Counted from the first letter of the stretch, positions 17,091-27,013 are shown. The stretch: DNA of 64,000 nucleotides from an uncultured Bacilli bacterium (GCA_947630305.1 CANRHC010000001.1:520-64519); one strand, 5' to 3'. Program-made: numbers and translations. Notes: generated from the letters alone by a model not told the origin.

Positions 17091-18932
17091 CTATTCATTA
17101 ATTTCCTCCTTCACATAAACTTTTGCACTCATACCACCGTTGATATTCTTACGTTGCACCTGTTTGACAGTAAATCCTCTATCTAAAATAGCCTCTTTAA
17201 GTCTGCCTTTACGCTGTACTGTTTCCCCATTGGTATCGCACCAGTCCTGATACTGGTTATATATTTGAGGTGGTCTTTTAAACTCGATTTCATAATCATT
17301 TAACATTTCTAAAAACTCAATCGTACTGTCATTCTCTCTGTGGTATTCAGAAGTAAATTTATCCACAACCTCACATTGAATAAAATCTTTTTGCTTATAG
17401 ATATTCTTATAAGCATTTACTATGAGTGTAATCCAGTACTCAAGGGCTTCATCTGTTGTGAGTTTAGTTATAAAATCTGTTTCAATTCTCTCCGGTACAT
17501 AGTACATCGGACACCACCGAACCCGTCTTTTATAAGAATAATCCTTATCGAATGTTTTAACTTTATGATTTGAGGTAAATATAAGAGTAGGATTGATTCG
17601 GGCATTAAACGGATTTTCATATAACCGTCTAATCTGAATATTATCTCCACTCGATAGATTCTTGAGGACTTTCATTTGGCTTTTGTTGATTGCCTCGTTT
17701 TGAATATCGTCACCGAGATTGGCTAGTTTTCCCACTAAATTAGCGAGATACTTTTCATCTCCTAACTCTTGAATACTGGCGGTGGAAACATTTTTATCAT
17801 TTAATATTTTCGAGATAATCTGTAAAAGTGTTCCCTTACCATTACCGCCCCGACCTACAAATATGAAAAATTTACTTAATGCCCTTTTAAATTCTCTGTT
17901 GACTATTAGACTCGTTGCAATAATCTCTAGGATATATTCTCTATATTCAGGGTCGCCACCTGTCAGATTGTTTAAATAATCCTCAACTACCTGAACAGGT
18001 TCCATATCAGGCTTGTAACTCAAATTAATAAAGTACGGGGTAAAATCAGAATATCCATAGGGGTAAAACTCACCCTCGAAGAGATAACCATTTTGTAGTT
18101 TGATTTTAAATTCTGTTTCATCATCTACTAATGGCGCACGCATTTTCATTTGCTTTACAACCTCTTCAACAAACCTTGATTTCTGTCCTATACAGTATTC
18201 ATAAACCATTCTGTCTAAAACATTCTGGTCGTTTACGTATTGAATCCCGTCATAAAAGAATAGTGAATTATGATGCATGACCACCCTTTTATCTCTCATA
18301 ATAAGGTCTGCGATATAGGTTTCACCGTCTTTCTCAGGGATAATATCCTCTTCCCTCGAGACCGTTTCAAATTCTCGCTCATCTAAGGGTTCATCAAAAA
18401 TGTAGGTATTGATAAATTTAAGTAACTTTTTTGTCTGCCCCAGTTTAGCGATTAATCTTTTATGACTATGCAAAGCTTCATTTCTATGGTCGCCCTCACT
18501 CATTCCCATTAAATCCCGTTTAGTGGGAACAGCTTCTAGGTATTTTGGGAAGTTCTCCCTTATTCCAAAATTTTCAACCTCTCGAAGTTTTCCATAATTC
18601 TTTACTGTAATAGCGTAGCAGTTATCATAGTGTTTATACTCAAGAGGGAATCCTAAAGCGCATATACCTTTTGCCCGTTTATAGTTATTACGTTTTTTAA
18701 AGTAAAGGTGCGCTCCCCTGTCAGTCCAAACAATTTGAGTTTTAATATTAAAAAAATCAATCATATCCTGAATTGTTTCTTTATTCAGGTCGTCTATGTC
18801 AACTATGAAATCATCAGGCTCTAAAATATAGCCTGCGTCATCAAAATCATCCGGACTGTCGCATATAATCTGATTTTCAAGTTTTTTTCTTGTAAACTTC
18901 TGCCCAGGTTCAAATTCAACATATTTAGTCAA
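17091..18932 (-). CDS. DNA primase-polymerase / SF3 helicase (prim-pol N-terminus plus P-loop D5-like C-terminus), 613 aa
   Basis: N-terminal ...VWTDRGAHLYF... is prim-pol-like. Central Walker A GRGGNGKGT. Confidence 0.7.
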   Translation of the reverse strand: MTKYVEFEPGQKFTRKKLENQIICDSPDDFDDAGYILEPDDFIVDIDDLNKETIQDMIDFFNIKTQIVWTDRGAHLYFKKRNNYKRAKGICALGFPLEYKHYDNCYAITVKNYGKLREVENFGIRENFPKYLEAVPTKRDLMGMSEGDHRNEALHSHKRLIAKLGQTKKLLKFINTYIFDEPLDEREFETVSREEDIIPEKDGETYIADLIMRDKRVVMHHNSLFFYDGIQYVNDQNVLDRMVYEYCIGQKSRFVEEVVKQMKMRAPLVDDETEFKIKLQNGYLFEGEFYPYGYSDFTPYFINLSYKPDMEPVQVVEDYLNNLTGGDPEYREYILEIIATSLIVNREFKRALSKFFIFVGRGGNGKGTLLQIISKILNDKNVSTASIQELGDEKYLANLVGKLANLGDDIQNEAINKSQMKVLKNLSSGDNIQIRRLYENPFNARINPTLIFTSNHKVKTFDKDYSYKRRVRWCPMYYVPERIETDFITKLTTDEALEYWITLIVNAYKNIYKQKDFIQCEVVDKFTSEYHRENDSTIEFLEMLNDYEIEFKRPPQIYNQYQDWCDTNGETVQRKGRLKEAILDRGFTVKQVQRKNINGGMSAKVYVKEEINE

Positions 18933-19167
18933 AATATTTCACATCTCCTGCTCTTTTTCTTTTAACGTTCCACTCCTCTACTATGTCCTCGAAGTCAACG
19001 TTAAGAGCCTTGGCAAGTTTACCGGCAGTACTTTCTCTACAAGGATTGCCCCTCATAATTCTTTGTATTGTTCCGAGTGGTACGCCACTATTATCAACTA
19101 AATCCATTTTGTTCCACTCGTTAAGACCGATAAACTTCTGTAAGGCTTTTACGGATAAAAGAACCAT
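18925..19167 (-). CDS. XRE-family HTH protein (80 aa)
   Basis: LVDNSGVPLGTIQRIMRG...STAGKLAKAL helix-turn-helix. Confidence 0.5.
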   Translation of the reverse strand: MVLLSVKALQKFIGLNEWNKMDLVDNSGVPLGTIQRIMRGNPCRESTAGKLAKALNVDFEDIVEEWNVKRKRAGDVKYFD

Positions 19168-19186
19168 AGATACCTCCTTTTTAAAC

Positions 19187-20983
19187 TTAAATCCAAAGCT
19201 TTCGATATTTTTCCTCAGCTAGATTTACATAATAATCTACATCTATAACTTCTTTAAAATTTTTAAAATCCCGTAAATCACCGTTGTAAACGTACATAGA
19301 TTCCGGTGCGGTAGGAAAATACTGCGGATTGCCCTCAGCCTTTTTCTTCTTGAGCAGTACACCGTCTTTAGTAGCAAAAACTCGATTAACCTTTTGATAG
19401 AGGTTACCGTCCTCATCTACTGTTCCGATATACGTCCTGCCACATTGAAGTATGTACTGAAACAGAATAGGGTAATCTAGATGTCCTACAACCGTATCTA
19501 CAAAATCTATGTTGTAAACTATCTTATTTACAAGGCATTGACTGATAATTCCGTTCGTATTCGTACCCGTCCATGTAACACCTGCAAAAGTATTAAACGG
19601 GTCTGATACATAATCCACAGGGTCGTAATATTTGTTTAAATCACCACCCTTGACCTTGATTTTCTGATTATAGTCAATCGCTACATAGTTATTAACGTCC
19701 TTTTGATACCATTTTCTAAACTCTGATAATTCAAGTTCAAAACCATAATCCTCTTCCCATTGCTCTTTAATGACCTCAAAATCGGTTGATGCGCCTGTGA
19801 ACGCTACACCATCAGTATTGATGTTTATAAGCGTATAACCTGCGCTGTATAACCGACAGCATAGGTCGTATAGAGCAATCTGTCCGTAAAAACAGACACT
19901 CATAGCACCAAATGGGTTATAGAGTTTGGAGTACTCATTTTTCATAAGTCCATACGTTGAATTAATAATGAGTTTTAGAGCATTAGATAAAATAGGGTCG
20001 CTGTGTTTAATAGCCATGCGCTGATTGACAATTTCACGATATTTTGAGGTTGCATTTCCCAGTACATCTAATTTAAGTACGATATTAGGGTACAAAGAGG
20101 TAACATCTAGAAGAAATACGTTATTAAATTCCTTTGCACCATTTTCATTGATTCCATGAAGTCCGCCATAGGAAAATTCAATTTTACAGTCAAGCTCGTA
20201 AACAGAACATTTTTTAATCCCCATCTCAGGGTCTTTCCACATATCCCATACCTCCTGCGGTACGAGTGAGAGCATTTCCTCATCTTTTTCAGAATTGGGA
20301 GATACCCTCCAACTATCCCATCGCTTAATCGGTTTATTACCTGTTAAGATACTCGCTGTAATGGTCGTTGTATTCCATTTTAAAGCTTGGTATTTAACAT
20401 TTTCCGGTAACATATCAACCACCATTAGCTTTGGGATAAAATATGATTTCCACCTTAATTTGAAAGCATTTATTGTAGCCTGTACGTCCTGTTCACAATA
20501 CTTGACTGTTTCAAAATATTCTTCTTTAGTTAATGCTCTGTTAATATCAAAGGGTACGGTGGACTCATCTATTGAAAGTCCAATATTAGCTTCTATTTTC
20601 TTTAAACTTGAGTGTGCGACGTTAATCTGTTGAAAAACGTCAAGGGAGAAAATACTGTCATCAATGGTACAGTAGTAATCCTCACCTGCTATTATCTGGT
20701 CGTTAATAGCTTTAATAATCTTTAACTTGTCTGTGTTTTTATCGCTAATCCGTATCATGTTAGTTAGGATTAAATCATCATAATGATAATTGTTATATCC
20801 GACTAACACTTTACCCTTGATATAATCAGATAGACCTAAAAAGTTATTATGGTATATTCGCATGGTCTCGCCTGTTATGTCTTTAAAGACAATCATGGCG
20901 TCCTCTGCGAAAACCTCTATATCGTAAAACAGAAAATCCTTGAAACCATCATCTTCGGCTTTAAGCAATTTCTGAATATCCAT
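19187..20983 (-). CDS. Family B DNA polymerase with 3'-5' exonuclease domain (598 aa)
   Basis: ExoI FYDIEVF. Motif A LDVTSLYPNI (Dx2SLYP). Motif B KLIINSTYG (Kx3NSxYG). Motif C-like NINTDGV. Confidence 0.8.
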   Translation of the reverse strand: MDIQKLLKAEDDGFKDFLFYDIEVFAEDAMIVFKDITGETMRIYHNNFLGLSDYIKGKVLVGYNNYHYDDLILTNMIRISDKNTDKLKIIKAINDQIIAGEDYYCTIDDSIFSLDVFQQINVAHSSLKKIEANIGLSIDESTVPFDINRALTKEEYFETVKYCEQDVQATINAFKLRWKSYFIPKLMVVDMLPENVKYQALKWNTTTITASILTGNKPIKRWDSWRVSPNSEKDEEMLSLVPQEVWDMWKDPEMGIKKCSVYELDCKIEFSYGGLHGINENGAKEFNNVFLLDVTSLYPNIVLKLDVLGNATSKYREIVNQRMAIKHSDPILSNALKLIINSTYGLMKNEYSKLYNPFGAMSVCFYGQIALYDLCCRLYSAGYTLININTDGVAFTGASTDFEVIKEQWEEDYGFELELSEFRKWYQKDVNNYVAIDYNQKIKVKGGDLNKYYDPVDYVSDPFNTFAGVTWTGTNTNGIISQCLVNKIVYNIDFVDTVVGHLDYPILFQYILQCGRTYIGTVDEDGNLYQKVNRVFATKDGVLLKKKKAEGNPQYFPTAPESMYVYNGDLRDFKNFKEVIDVDYYVNLAEEKYRKLWI

Positions 20984-21574
20984 TTATTCTAAGTAAGTAA
21001 TATCTCCATAATAGCTATTGAAAGCTTTTTTGACGGTTACTTTTATTTTCTTGCCAATGAGTTTGTCTTTTTCTTCTACTGGCACACCGTATTTATCTTG
21101 AAAGTTTGCAAATTGCTTTTTCTTCTTTATAGGGTTTTGATAAAATTCATTTCCGACTTTAGTTGAGTAACCCATTCTTGAACGGTGTTTTTGTCCGTCA
21201 AATTTGTAATAAATGTAAATAGCATCTTCTGTAACGTCTATTTCATCTATTGTAGTTACTTCGTTTTTTCTGTTATCGTCTTTTGTAAATTTAACCTGTG
21301 ATTCCCACAGAGAGCAGTAGGTATCATAAGAGTATATGGGGCATACCGTGCCAATAGCATCCTTTAAATTGTCAACTGAACATTTAAAATAATTCTGCGC
21401 CCATTCTTCAACCTGAGCTTCCTTTTGTTCACTTTCTATAAATTGACCGAGCGTACTATCATATGCTTTTTTATTCCATCCAACTTCATATACTCTATCG
21501 TTTGCTAAAAACAGTAAGTTTATTTTTCCGTCTATTTCTGTTACGTCTACTAGTTTTCCTTCAAGTTTTTCCAT
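20984..21574 (-). CDS. Hypothetical replication-module protein (196 aa)
   Basis: ORF abutting the polymerase gene. Confidence 0.45.
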   Translation of the reverse strand: MEKLEGKLVDVTEIDGKINLLFLANDRVYEVGWNKKAYDSTLGQFIESEQKEAQVEEWAQNYFKCSVDNLKDAIGTVCPIYSYDTYCSLWESQVKFTKDDNRKNEVTTIDEIDVTEDAIYIYYKFDGQKHRSRMGYSTKVGNEFYQNPIKKKKQFANFQDKYGVPVEEKDKLIGKKIKVTVKKAFNSYYGDITYLE

Positions 21575-21583
21575 ATGTTTCCC

Positions 21584-21796
21584 TTAATAATCGAATCCTC
21601 TAAACTGCACCACCTCAAGCAGGGGTACACCAAAATAATCCGCTACTTCCTGTACTCTTCGTTGTGGCATATTGTACTGACCACATAGATATTTTTTTAA
21701 AACATCATAGGAGAAGTCTAAATCTTTAGCCATATCTCGAGCGGTTATTCCACGTTCTTTTAATAGCTGCTTTACTTTTCTATTGTGTAGTTTCAT
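21584..21796 (-). CDS. XRE-family HTH protein (70 aa)
   Basis: LKERGITARDMAKDLDFSYDVLKKYL helix-turn-helix. Confidence 0.5.
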   Translation of the reverse strand: MKLHNRKVKQLLKERGITARDMAKDLDFSYDVLKKYLCGQYNMPQRRVQEVADYFGVPLLEVVQFRGFDY

Positions 21797-22599
21797 TCAA
21801 GGTCTATTAATTCATATTCAACATTTCCTAACTTAAAGAGTTCTGTTACCTTTGCAAAATCGCTTTCTTTAATCTTTAAGTAAAGACAAGGTTCAGGGGG
21901 AGTTTCTGTTGGTCTAACCTTACTGCTGTCTAATGCTTTTTTAACCCCGTCTTTTTCTTTTTTAAGATTGTCAAAATAGGTTATGGTATCTGATACAGAA
22001 CCATTGTTTAAATACTCATTTACAACGGTATCTCGATTTAGGTTTGCTTTATCTGCAAAAACGACACAAGCTGAAATATCATCTCGTCTTTGTTCAAAAA
22101 ACTCAACCATCTCACCCTCAATTTTAGTAAGGGATTTACGCTTGTTCAGATATTCCTTTTTCATAAAGTCATCGAATGGATAAAGCTGTTCAACCTCTTT
22201 ACCACCGTATATCTTCAAGCGTTTATCGAATAACTCTTTAATCTGAGCTTTTTTATCAGCTCTTGTCTTATCTTCTAATTCTTTAACCTGTCGTCTTATA
22301 TGATATTCATAAGCACCTAAACGCCTATCAATTTCTTTAACCTGCGCATCAAGGGTTTCAAGAGGTTTCATATATTCTCTTTTAAAAGCCATTTTCTCTT
22401 CATGGATGTTTTTGAAGACTTTTCTGCATTGTGCGACAAGTTTTTTATTTTCCTTTACATTTTCATCCGTAACATCAACCGACAGGAGATAAGTACCAAG
22501 TTTATCAAGTTCTGCTAGAAGCTCATCATAATCAACTATACCGACTTTACGGTCATGTAGTTGAATTTCATGAGTTTCCGGTATAATTAATTCATACAT
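21793..22599 (-). CDS. Hypothetical coiled-coil protein (268 aa)
   Basis: Long ORF, Lys/Glu-rich in its centre. Confidence 0.45.
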   Translation of the reverse strand: MYELIIPETHEIQLHDRKVGIVDYDELLAELDKLGTYLLSVDVTDENVKENKKLVAQCRKVFKNIHEEKMAFKREYMKPLETLDAQVKEIDRRLGAYEYHIRRQVKELEDKTRADKKAQIKELFDKRLKIYGGKEVEQLYPFDDFMKKEYLNKRKSLTKIEGEMVEFFEQRRDDISACVVFADKANLNRDTVVNEYLNNGSVSDTITYFDNLKKEKDGVKKALDSSKVRPTETPPEPCLYLKIKESDFAKVTELFKLGNVEYELIDLE

Positions 22600-23405
22600 G
22601 GTATATTTGTAATGATGTATTCAGGAGCTGTCATCTTTTTGCCTTTTATAGATGAATGTAGCATCCTGAGTACATCAAGTTCTGTTATGTAATAATCTTT
22701 AAACAATTCATGAACCTCTTGATTTTGTTCGTGAGAAAGAATAACTATAACGTTTTTATTACTTAAGGTATCGCAGCAGTTTTTAAGTTTTTCCATATCC
22801 TCGAGTGTAAATTTATCCTTGTAATACCGACTAAAATCAGTATTCAGATAAGGTGGGTCAAGATAGCAAATATCACCGTCTTTAGCCTGTTCTAAGGTTT
22901 TCTCAAAAGACTGACAGTAAATTTTAGTATTCTTTAAGTGTTTGACAGCTTGACGTATATCATCTTTGTAATGGAGCATATCCCGTTCAGGGTGTCTAAA
23001 ATATGAAGTATTGACTTGTCCTTTTGAATTAAATCTACAAGACCCGTACCCTGTTACACAAAGATAAATATATCTCGCTGCTTTAAACGCTTTTGAATAA
23101 TTTTTGTAATACGGAGTTCTATCCATCTTTCTAATTTTGTAGTAATAGTCCTCAGTATTCGGCAGTCTCTCAAAATGCCATATAACCTCTTCGGCGTTGT
23201 ATTTTATCTGCTCCCACATATTAATTACCTCAGGATTGGTATCAGCAATAACAGAATTAGGGTAATTCAAGTCTAGAAATACCGCCCCTGCTCCGATAAA
23301 AGGTTCATAATAAGTTGTATTTTCTTTTAAGTTGCCTTTAATTATTGGTGTGATTAAATTTGTGATGGAACGTTTACCTCCATGATAGGGGATAAACGGT
23401 CTCAA
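22587..23405 (-). CDS. dam: DNA adenine (N6) methyltransferase, Dam/D12 class
   Basis: EPFIGAGAVFL (SAM-binding motif) and YLDPPYLNTDFSRYY (DPPY catalytic motif). Confidence 0.85.
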   Translation of the reverse strand: MRPFIPYHGGKRSITNLITPIIKGNLKENTTYYEPFIGAGAVFLDLNYPNSVIADTNPEVINMWEQIKYNAEEVIWHFERLPNTEDYYYKIRKMDRTPYYKNYSKAFKAARYIYLCVTGYGSCRFNSKGQVNTSYFRHPERDMLHYKDDIRQAVKHLKNTKIYCQSFEKTLEQAKDGDICYLDPPYLNTDFSRYYKDKFTLEDMEKLKNCCDTLSNKNVIVILSHEQNQEVHELFKDYYITELDVLRMLHSSIKGKKMTAPEYIITNIPCMN

Positions 23406-23407
23406 TA

Positions 23408-24118
23408 TCAGTTGCCTCCTGTATAAAATCGCTCTGACTTATGAAGTTCAATGAGTTCAGAATCCTCGTGTTTTCTGTGCATATAGTAAAATCCAAGGCA
23501 TTTTTGAGTTGAACAATGTCTGCCGGCATTTTTTACCACGTCATAGCCATACTTTTTTCTAGGATTTTTTATGGCGTTAATAATATTTTCATCATGATTA
23601 CTTTCTAAAAACATATAATCGTATTCCTTATCTGGTGCGTTACTGAAATCTCTACTGTCAGTACAGTAAATAATTTCATACTGCTCACCCTCTTTTTCTA
23701 TGCTAAAGACGTAACCTGAATTAACGACATCATGAATTGCTTCAAATGATTCAAACGTGTATTCACCGACTGTTTCACTCTCACCCCAGTCAATTACTAC
23801 ATCCACATCACCATTTAACTTTTGTGAAACCTGCCAGTTAGAAATTGTTGTAATGTTAGGAAAGAATTTACGTATCTTTTTATAAGTCGTATCCTTTAGA
23901 TGGTCTCCGTGTATATGCGTTATTATCAGATAGTCAACACCGTAAAGGTATTCCCGTATCTGTGTGTACGCAATGCCACAGTCAATCATTATATTTTCTA
24001 TTACAACGCAATTTCCGCTACTGCCTGACTTCACAACCTCGTACTCAAGCATATAATTCCTCTGTTTTTCATGGATGGAACATATGCTTAAAACGACTGC
24101 CCTTTTAAGAGCAGTCAA
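23408..24118 (-). CDS. Metallo-beta-lactamase-fold hydrolase (236 aa)
   Basis: IITHIHGDHL is the HxHxDH zinc-binding motif. Downstream D and H residues are present. Confidence 0.65.
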   Translation of the reverse strand: MTALKRAVVLSICSIHEKQRNYMLEYEVVKSGSSGNCVVIENIMIDCGIAYTQIREYLYGVDYLIITHIHGDHLKDTTYKKIRKFFPNITTISNWQVSQKLNGDVDVVIDWGESETVGEYTFESFEAIHDVVNSGYVFSIEKEGEQYEIIYCTDSRDFSNAPDKEYDYMFLESNHDENIINAIKNPRKKYGYDVVKNAGRHCSTQKCLGFYYMHRKHEDSELIELHKSERFYTGGN

Positions 24119-24197
24119 GAAAATAATTCAGAGATTTTAAAATGTTTTCTCTATCTACAATAACAGCTATATTCTCGGTACTTCCTCCTTTCTCGCT

Positions 24198-24494
24198 TTA
24201 GGGTCTGTGTTTTACAACAGCTTTTGCGTATCTCCCCATATCTACATCCTCGATTAAATCCTCCCATGGAATTTTTTTAGGGTCTTCAAAATCATAAGTA
24301 TTGAAAAATACCCTCATTGGATTACAGGGAAAATGCAAAAAATGTAACATGATTTCGATTTCATTACTGTTGAACACGCCCTTTCTAAGCTTTCTTCTAA
24401 AATCTTCTACAGACGTATCAAGTATCATAGCCACTTCCCTAGTTGAAAAATTATTGTACTTGATTATGTCGTATAACCGCTGACTATCTACCAT
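24198..24494 (-). CDS. Cro-like HTH regulator (98 aa), divergent from the repressor gene
   Basis: FSTREVAMILDTSVEDFRRKL helix-turn-helix. Transcribed divergently from the repressor across a 320-bp AT-rich region. Confidence 0.5.
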   Translation of the reverse strand: MVDSQRLYDIIKYNNFSTREVAMILDTSVEDFRRKLRKGVFNSNEIEIMLHFLHFPCNPMRVFFNTYDFEDPKKIPWEDLIEDVDMGRYAKAVVKHRP

Positions 24495-24814
24495 GACTTT
24501 ATAATATCACAGAAAAATTTAAATACAAGGAAATTTTTAAGAAATTTACAAATTATTTATTTGTATTTAATTATAATTATTCTGTTAATAATTATAGTAT
24601 GATAACTGGTGATTATACTTATTTCAAGTCCTTTTTCAATTTTTCTCGAATTTTTGAGTAAATTCAATTATGTAGTAATAATATGCTATAACTGCTCATT
24701 ATGTTATAAAGATTATCAATAAATGGTAATTATACGAGTATAAAAATCTTTAAATTTACGACCATTTCATTTATAATATATTTTAAGAAATACTCTTCAT
24801 ATGGGTGGTTTGAT

Positions 24815-25441
24815 ATGTACGGGAAGAGATTAAAGCAATTAAGAAAACAGAGAGGGTTAAAGCAGGTTGAGTTGTCTAGAATAAGTGGGGTATCTGTTAC
24901 CAATCTGACAAGATATGAGAATACAGAATACAACATTGTAAAATCCAATACAGTAGAAAAACTGGCAAAAGCCCTCGGTACAACCAGTGATTACCTTTTG
25001 GGGATAACTGATTTTGAAAATTTAGAGGTCGTTGAGTTAAACAAAACAGATACTCTGCCTGTGCCAGTTTATGGTACGATTCCTGCCGGACGTCCAATAG
25101 AGGCTCTTGAGGTTGATGGTGGTTATATCAATATAGACAAAAGTAATTTCCGTGGCGGCAAACAGTTTATCGGTCTGAAAGTCAAGGGTAATAGTATGTA
25201 CCCTTTTTATATAGATGGAGATACGGTTATTGTTGAAATTACCGCAGATGCTAAAAGTGGCGAGGATGTTGTAGCCTATATCGGTTATGACCATGAAGCA
25301 ACATTGAAACGTTTTCATATAAAAGACGACCACGTTGAATTAGAGCCATTAAACAGAGAATACCCTGTGCGCTCTTATTATAAAACAGATATTCCTGTTC
25401 GTATTTTAGGTGTTGTAAGGGAATTGAGGAGAAACATATGA
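24815..25441 (+). CDS. CI/LexA-like repressor (HTH plus S24 peptidase domain), 208 aa
   Basis: N-terminal LKQVELSRISGVSVTNLTRYE helix-turn-helix. C-terminal GNSMYP...LKRF carries the Ser/Lys dyad. Confidence 0.8.
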   Translation: MYGKRLKQLRKQRGLKQVELSRISGVSVTNLTRYENTEYNIVKSNTVEKLAKALGTTSDYLLGITDFENLEVVELNKTDTLPVPVYGTIPAGRPIEALEVDGGYINIDKSNFRGGKQFIGLKVKGNSMYPFYIDGDTVIVEITADAKSGEDVVAYIGYDHEATLKRFHIKDDHVELEPLNREYPVRSYYKTDIPVRILGVVRELRRNI

Positions 25442-26547
25442 AAATCAGTAAGGTAAAGGGTAAGGACTCCTATCGGGGGTATGTAAGAAAGCCTGACGGG
25501 GGTTATAAACAAATATACGGTAAAACTAAAAAAGAGGTTCGGGAAAAAGCCGAATCTCTATCTTTTGATATAAAGACTGGAAAATTTGTAGAAAATAATA
25601 AAATAAGTTTTGAGGACTGGTGTAATGAATGGGTTGATAATTATTTGATTAATGTAAGTTTACTCACCAAGAGAACCTACAAGAAACATATGAAAAACCA
25701 TATAATCAAAGAATTTAAAAATGTTAAATTACAGAATCTCACCCATAATCAAGTCCAACGTTTCATTCAGAAGTTAAGTCAAAATTATGCTCCTAAAACT
25801 GTCCGCAATATTTACCTTGTTCTCCACCGCTCATTATCTGATGCAGTAAAAAACGGTTTTATTTCCTTTAATCCCTCTGATGATATTATCCTGCCAAAAC
25901 TGGTTAAAGAAGAAATTAAAGTACTCGAGTTAGATGAAATAGATACCTTTATTAATCTAGCCTATGAATTAGTACCGGAGTATGCCGATTGTTTAGAATT
26001 TCTCCTGTTTACCGGTCTCCGTATTTCTGAATTTATCGGTCTAACCATTGATAACTATAATTCTGAAACCAAAACCCTTACAGTAAATAAACAGTATGAC
26101 AGAGTGGATAGAGTTTATATTCCGCCTAAATATGGTGCGACAAGGGAGTTTAGGTTATCAGAAAGTGCAGTTAAGATTGTAGAAAACAGAATAAGTAAAA
26201 TAAATAAAAGACGTGAAAAATTTCCAAACTACAATGATGAGAATATTTTGTTTTTAAACCCTGAATCAGAAAGAATTACACAACAGACTTTAAGAAAGAA
26301 ATTAAAGATAGTAACTGCTAAATTAGGTAAAGAAGATTTTAGATTGCATGACTTAAGACATACCTTTGCTACTCTCACAATAGCTAGTGGTACAGAAATA
26401 AAAACATTACAGAAGATATTAGGTCATACGGATGCCAGTTTTACAATGAATGTTTATGCACATTCTACTGAAATAATGAATAAAATTGCAGCTGAGAATT
26501 TAGAAAATTTTAGGAAAAATAGTTACAGAATAGTTATAGGTGATTAA
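25438..26547 (+). CDS. int: Tyrosine integrase/recombinase (369 aa)
   Basis: Catalytic residues: R in GLRISE, HDLRHTFAT, LGHTDASFTMNVYAH (His and Tyr). Start overlaps the repressor stop. Confidence 0.85.
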   Translation: MKISKVKGKDSYRGYVRKPDGGYKQIYGKTKKEVREKAESLSFDIKTGKFVENNKISFEDWCNEWVDNYLINVSLLTKRTYKKHMKNHIIKEFKNVKLQNLTHNQVQRFIQKLSQNYAPKTVRNIYLVLHRSLSDAVKNGFISFNPSDDIILPKLVKEEIKVLELDEIDTFINLAYELVPEYADCLEFLLFTGLRISEFIGLTIDNYNSETKTLTVNKQYDRVDRVYIPPKYGATREFRLSESAVKIVENRISKINKRREKFPNYNDENILFLNPESERITQQTLRKKLKIVTAKLGKEDFRLHDLRHTFATLTIASGTEIKTLQKILGHTDASFTMNVYAHSTEIMNKIAAENLENFRKNSYRIVIGD

Positions 26548-26777
26548 TTTTAGTGAGAAATGTAGATAAAATGGGAATAAAAATGGCGGAGAAGGAGAGA
26601 TTTGAAATATCTTTGCCGACTAAGCGTAACTAAGTAAAAGTAACAGAAGTACCGGTTCTACTACGCACTATAACTGAAGATTTTTAAGTTTTATTTTGGT
26701 AAAGTAAGTATCGTTAAAATATGGTAAAAATCAGATAATATTATTAAATTTTAGTTATTAATTAGTTATTTAAGTAT

Positions 26778-26814
26778 GGGGTCTTGCATGAATAAATATG
26801 CAAAACCCCTATTT
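26778..26814 (+). terminator. Hairpin downstream of int (weak terminator)
   Basis: GGGGTCTTGCAT-GAATAAAT-ATGCAAAACCCC followed by TATTT. Confidence 0.35.
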
Positions 26815-26835
26815 AAACCCTCAAATAATGAGAGG

Positions 26836-27009
26836 AACTCACACTTTTTGAGCTTGGTAAATATTAAGACCGTCCCTTACCTCATAGTCCATTATCTTGT
26901 AGTCTGTAAAATCAACCTCAATATAATCTCCCTTTTCATAGGTATTATCTTTTTCTGTTTCAGGTATAATATCTACAAAGCCATTGTAATATTTTCTTAT
27001 AATTTTCAT
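26836..27009 (-). CDS. Small ORF (57 aa) immediately downstream of the endolysin gene
   Basis: ATG four nt after the endolysin stop. Open for 57 codons (MKIIRKYYNGFVDIIPE...). Falls below the ORF-track length cut-off. Confidence 0.3.
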
Positions 27010-27013
27010 AAGC

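Noticed and set aside
17340-17979. Three short ORFs overlapping the primase-helicase gene (17340-17573 plus, 17468-17650 minus, 17782-17979 plus)
   Set aside because: Lie inside or antisense to a P-loop-containing long ORF. Hydrophobic low-complexity translations.
18983-19222. 79-aa plus-strand ORF antisense to the small HTH gene
   Set aside because: Antisense to a gene with a clear HTH. No RBS.
20295-20633. 112-aa plus-strand ORF inside the PolB gene
   Set aside because: Antisense to a motif-rich PolB.
21983-22183. 66-aa plus-strand ORF antisense to 21793-22599
   Set aside because: No RBS. Embedded in a longer co-directional operon gene on the other strand.
24301-25333. Short ORFs overlapping cro-like and cI (24301-24483 plus, 24730-24948 minus, 24897-25097 minus, 25037-25333 minus)
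   Set aside because: Overlap the well-supported regulator genes or the AT-rich operator region. Hydrophobic, junk-like translations.
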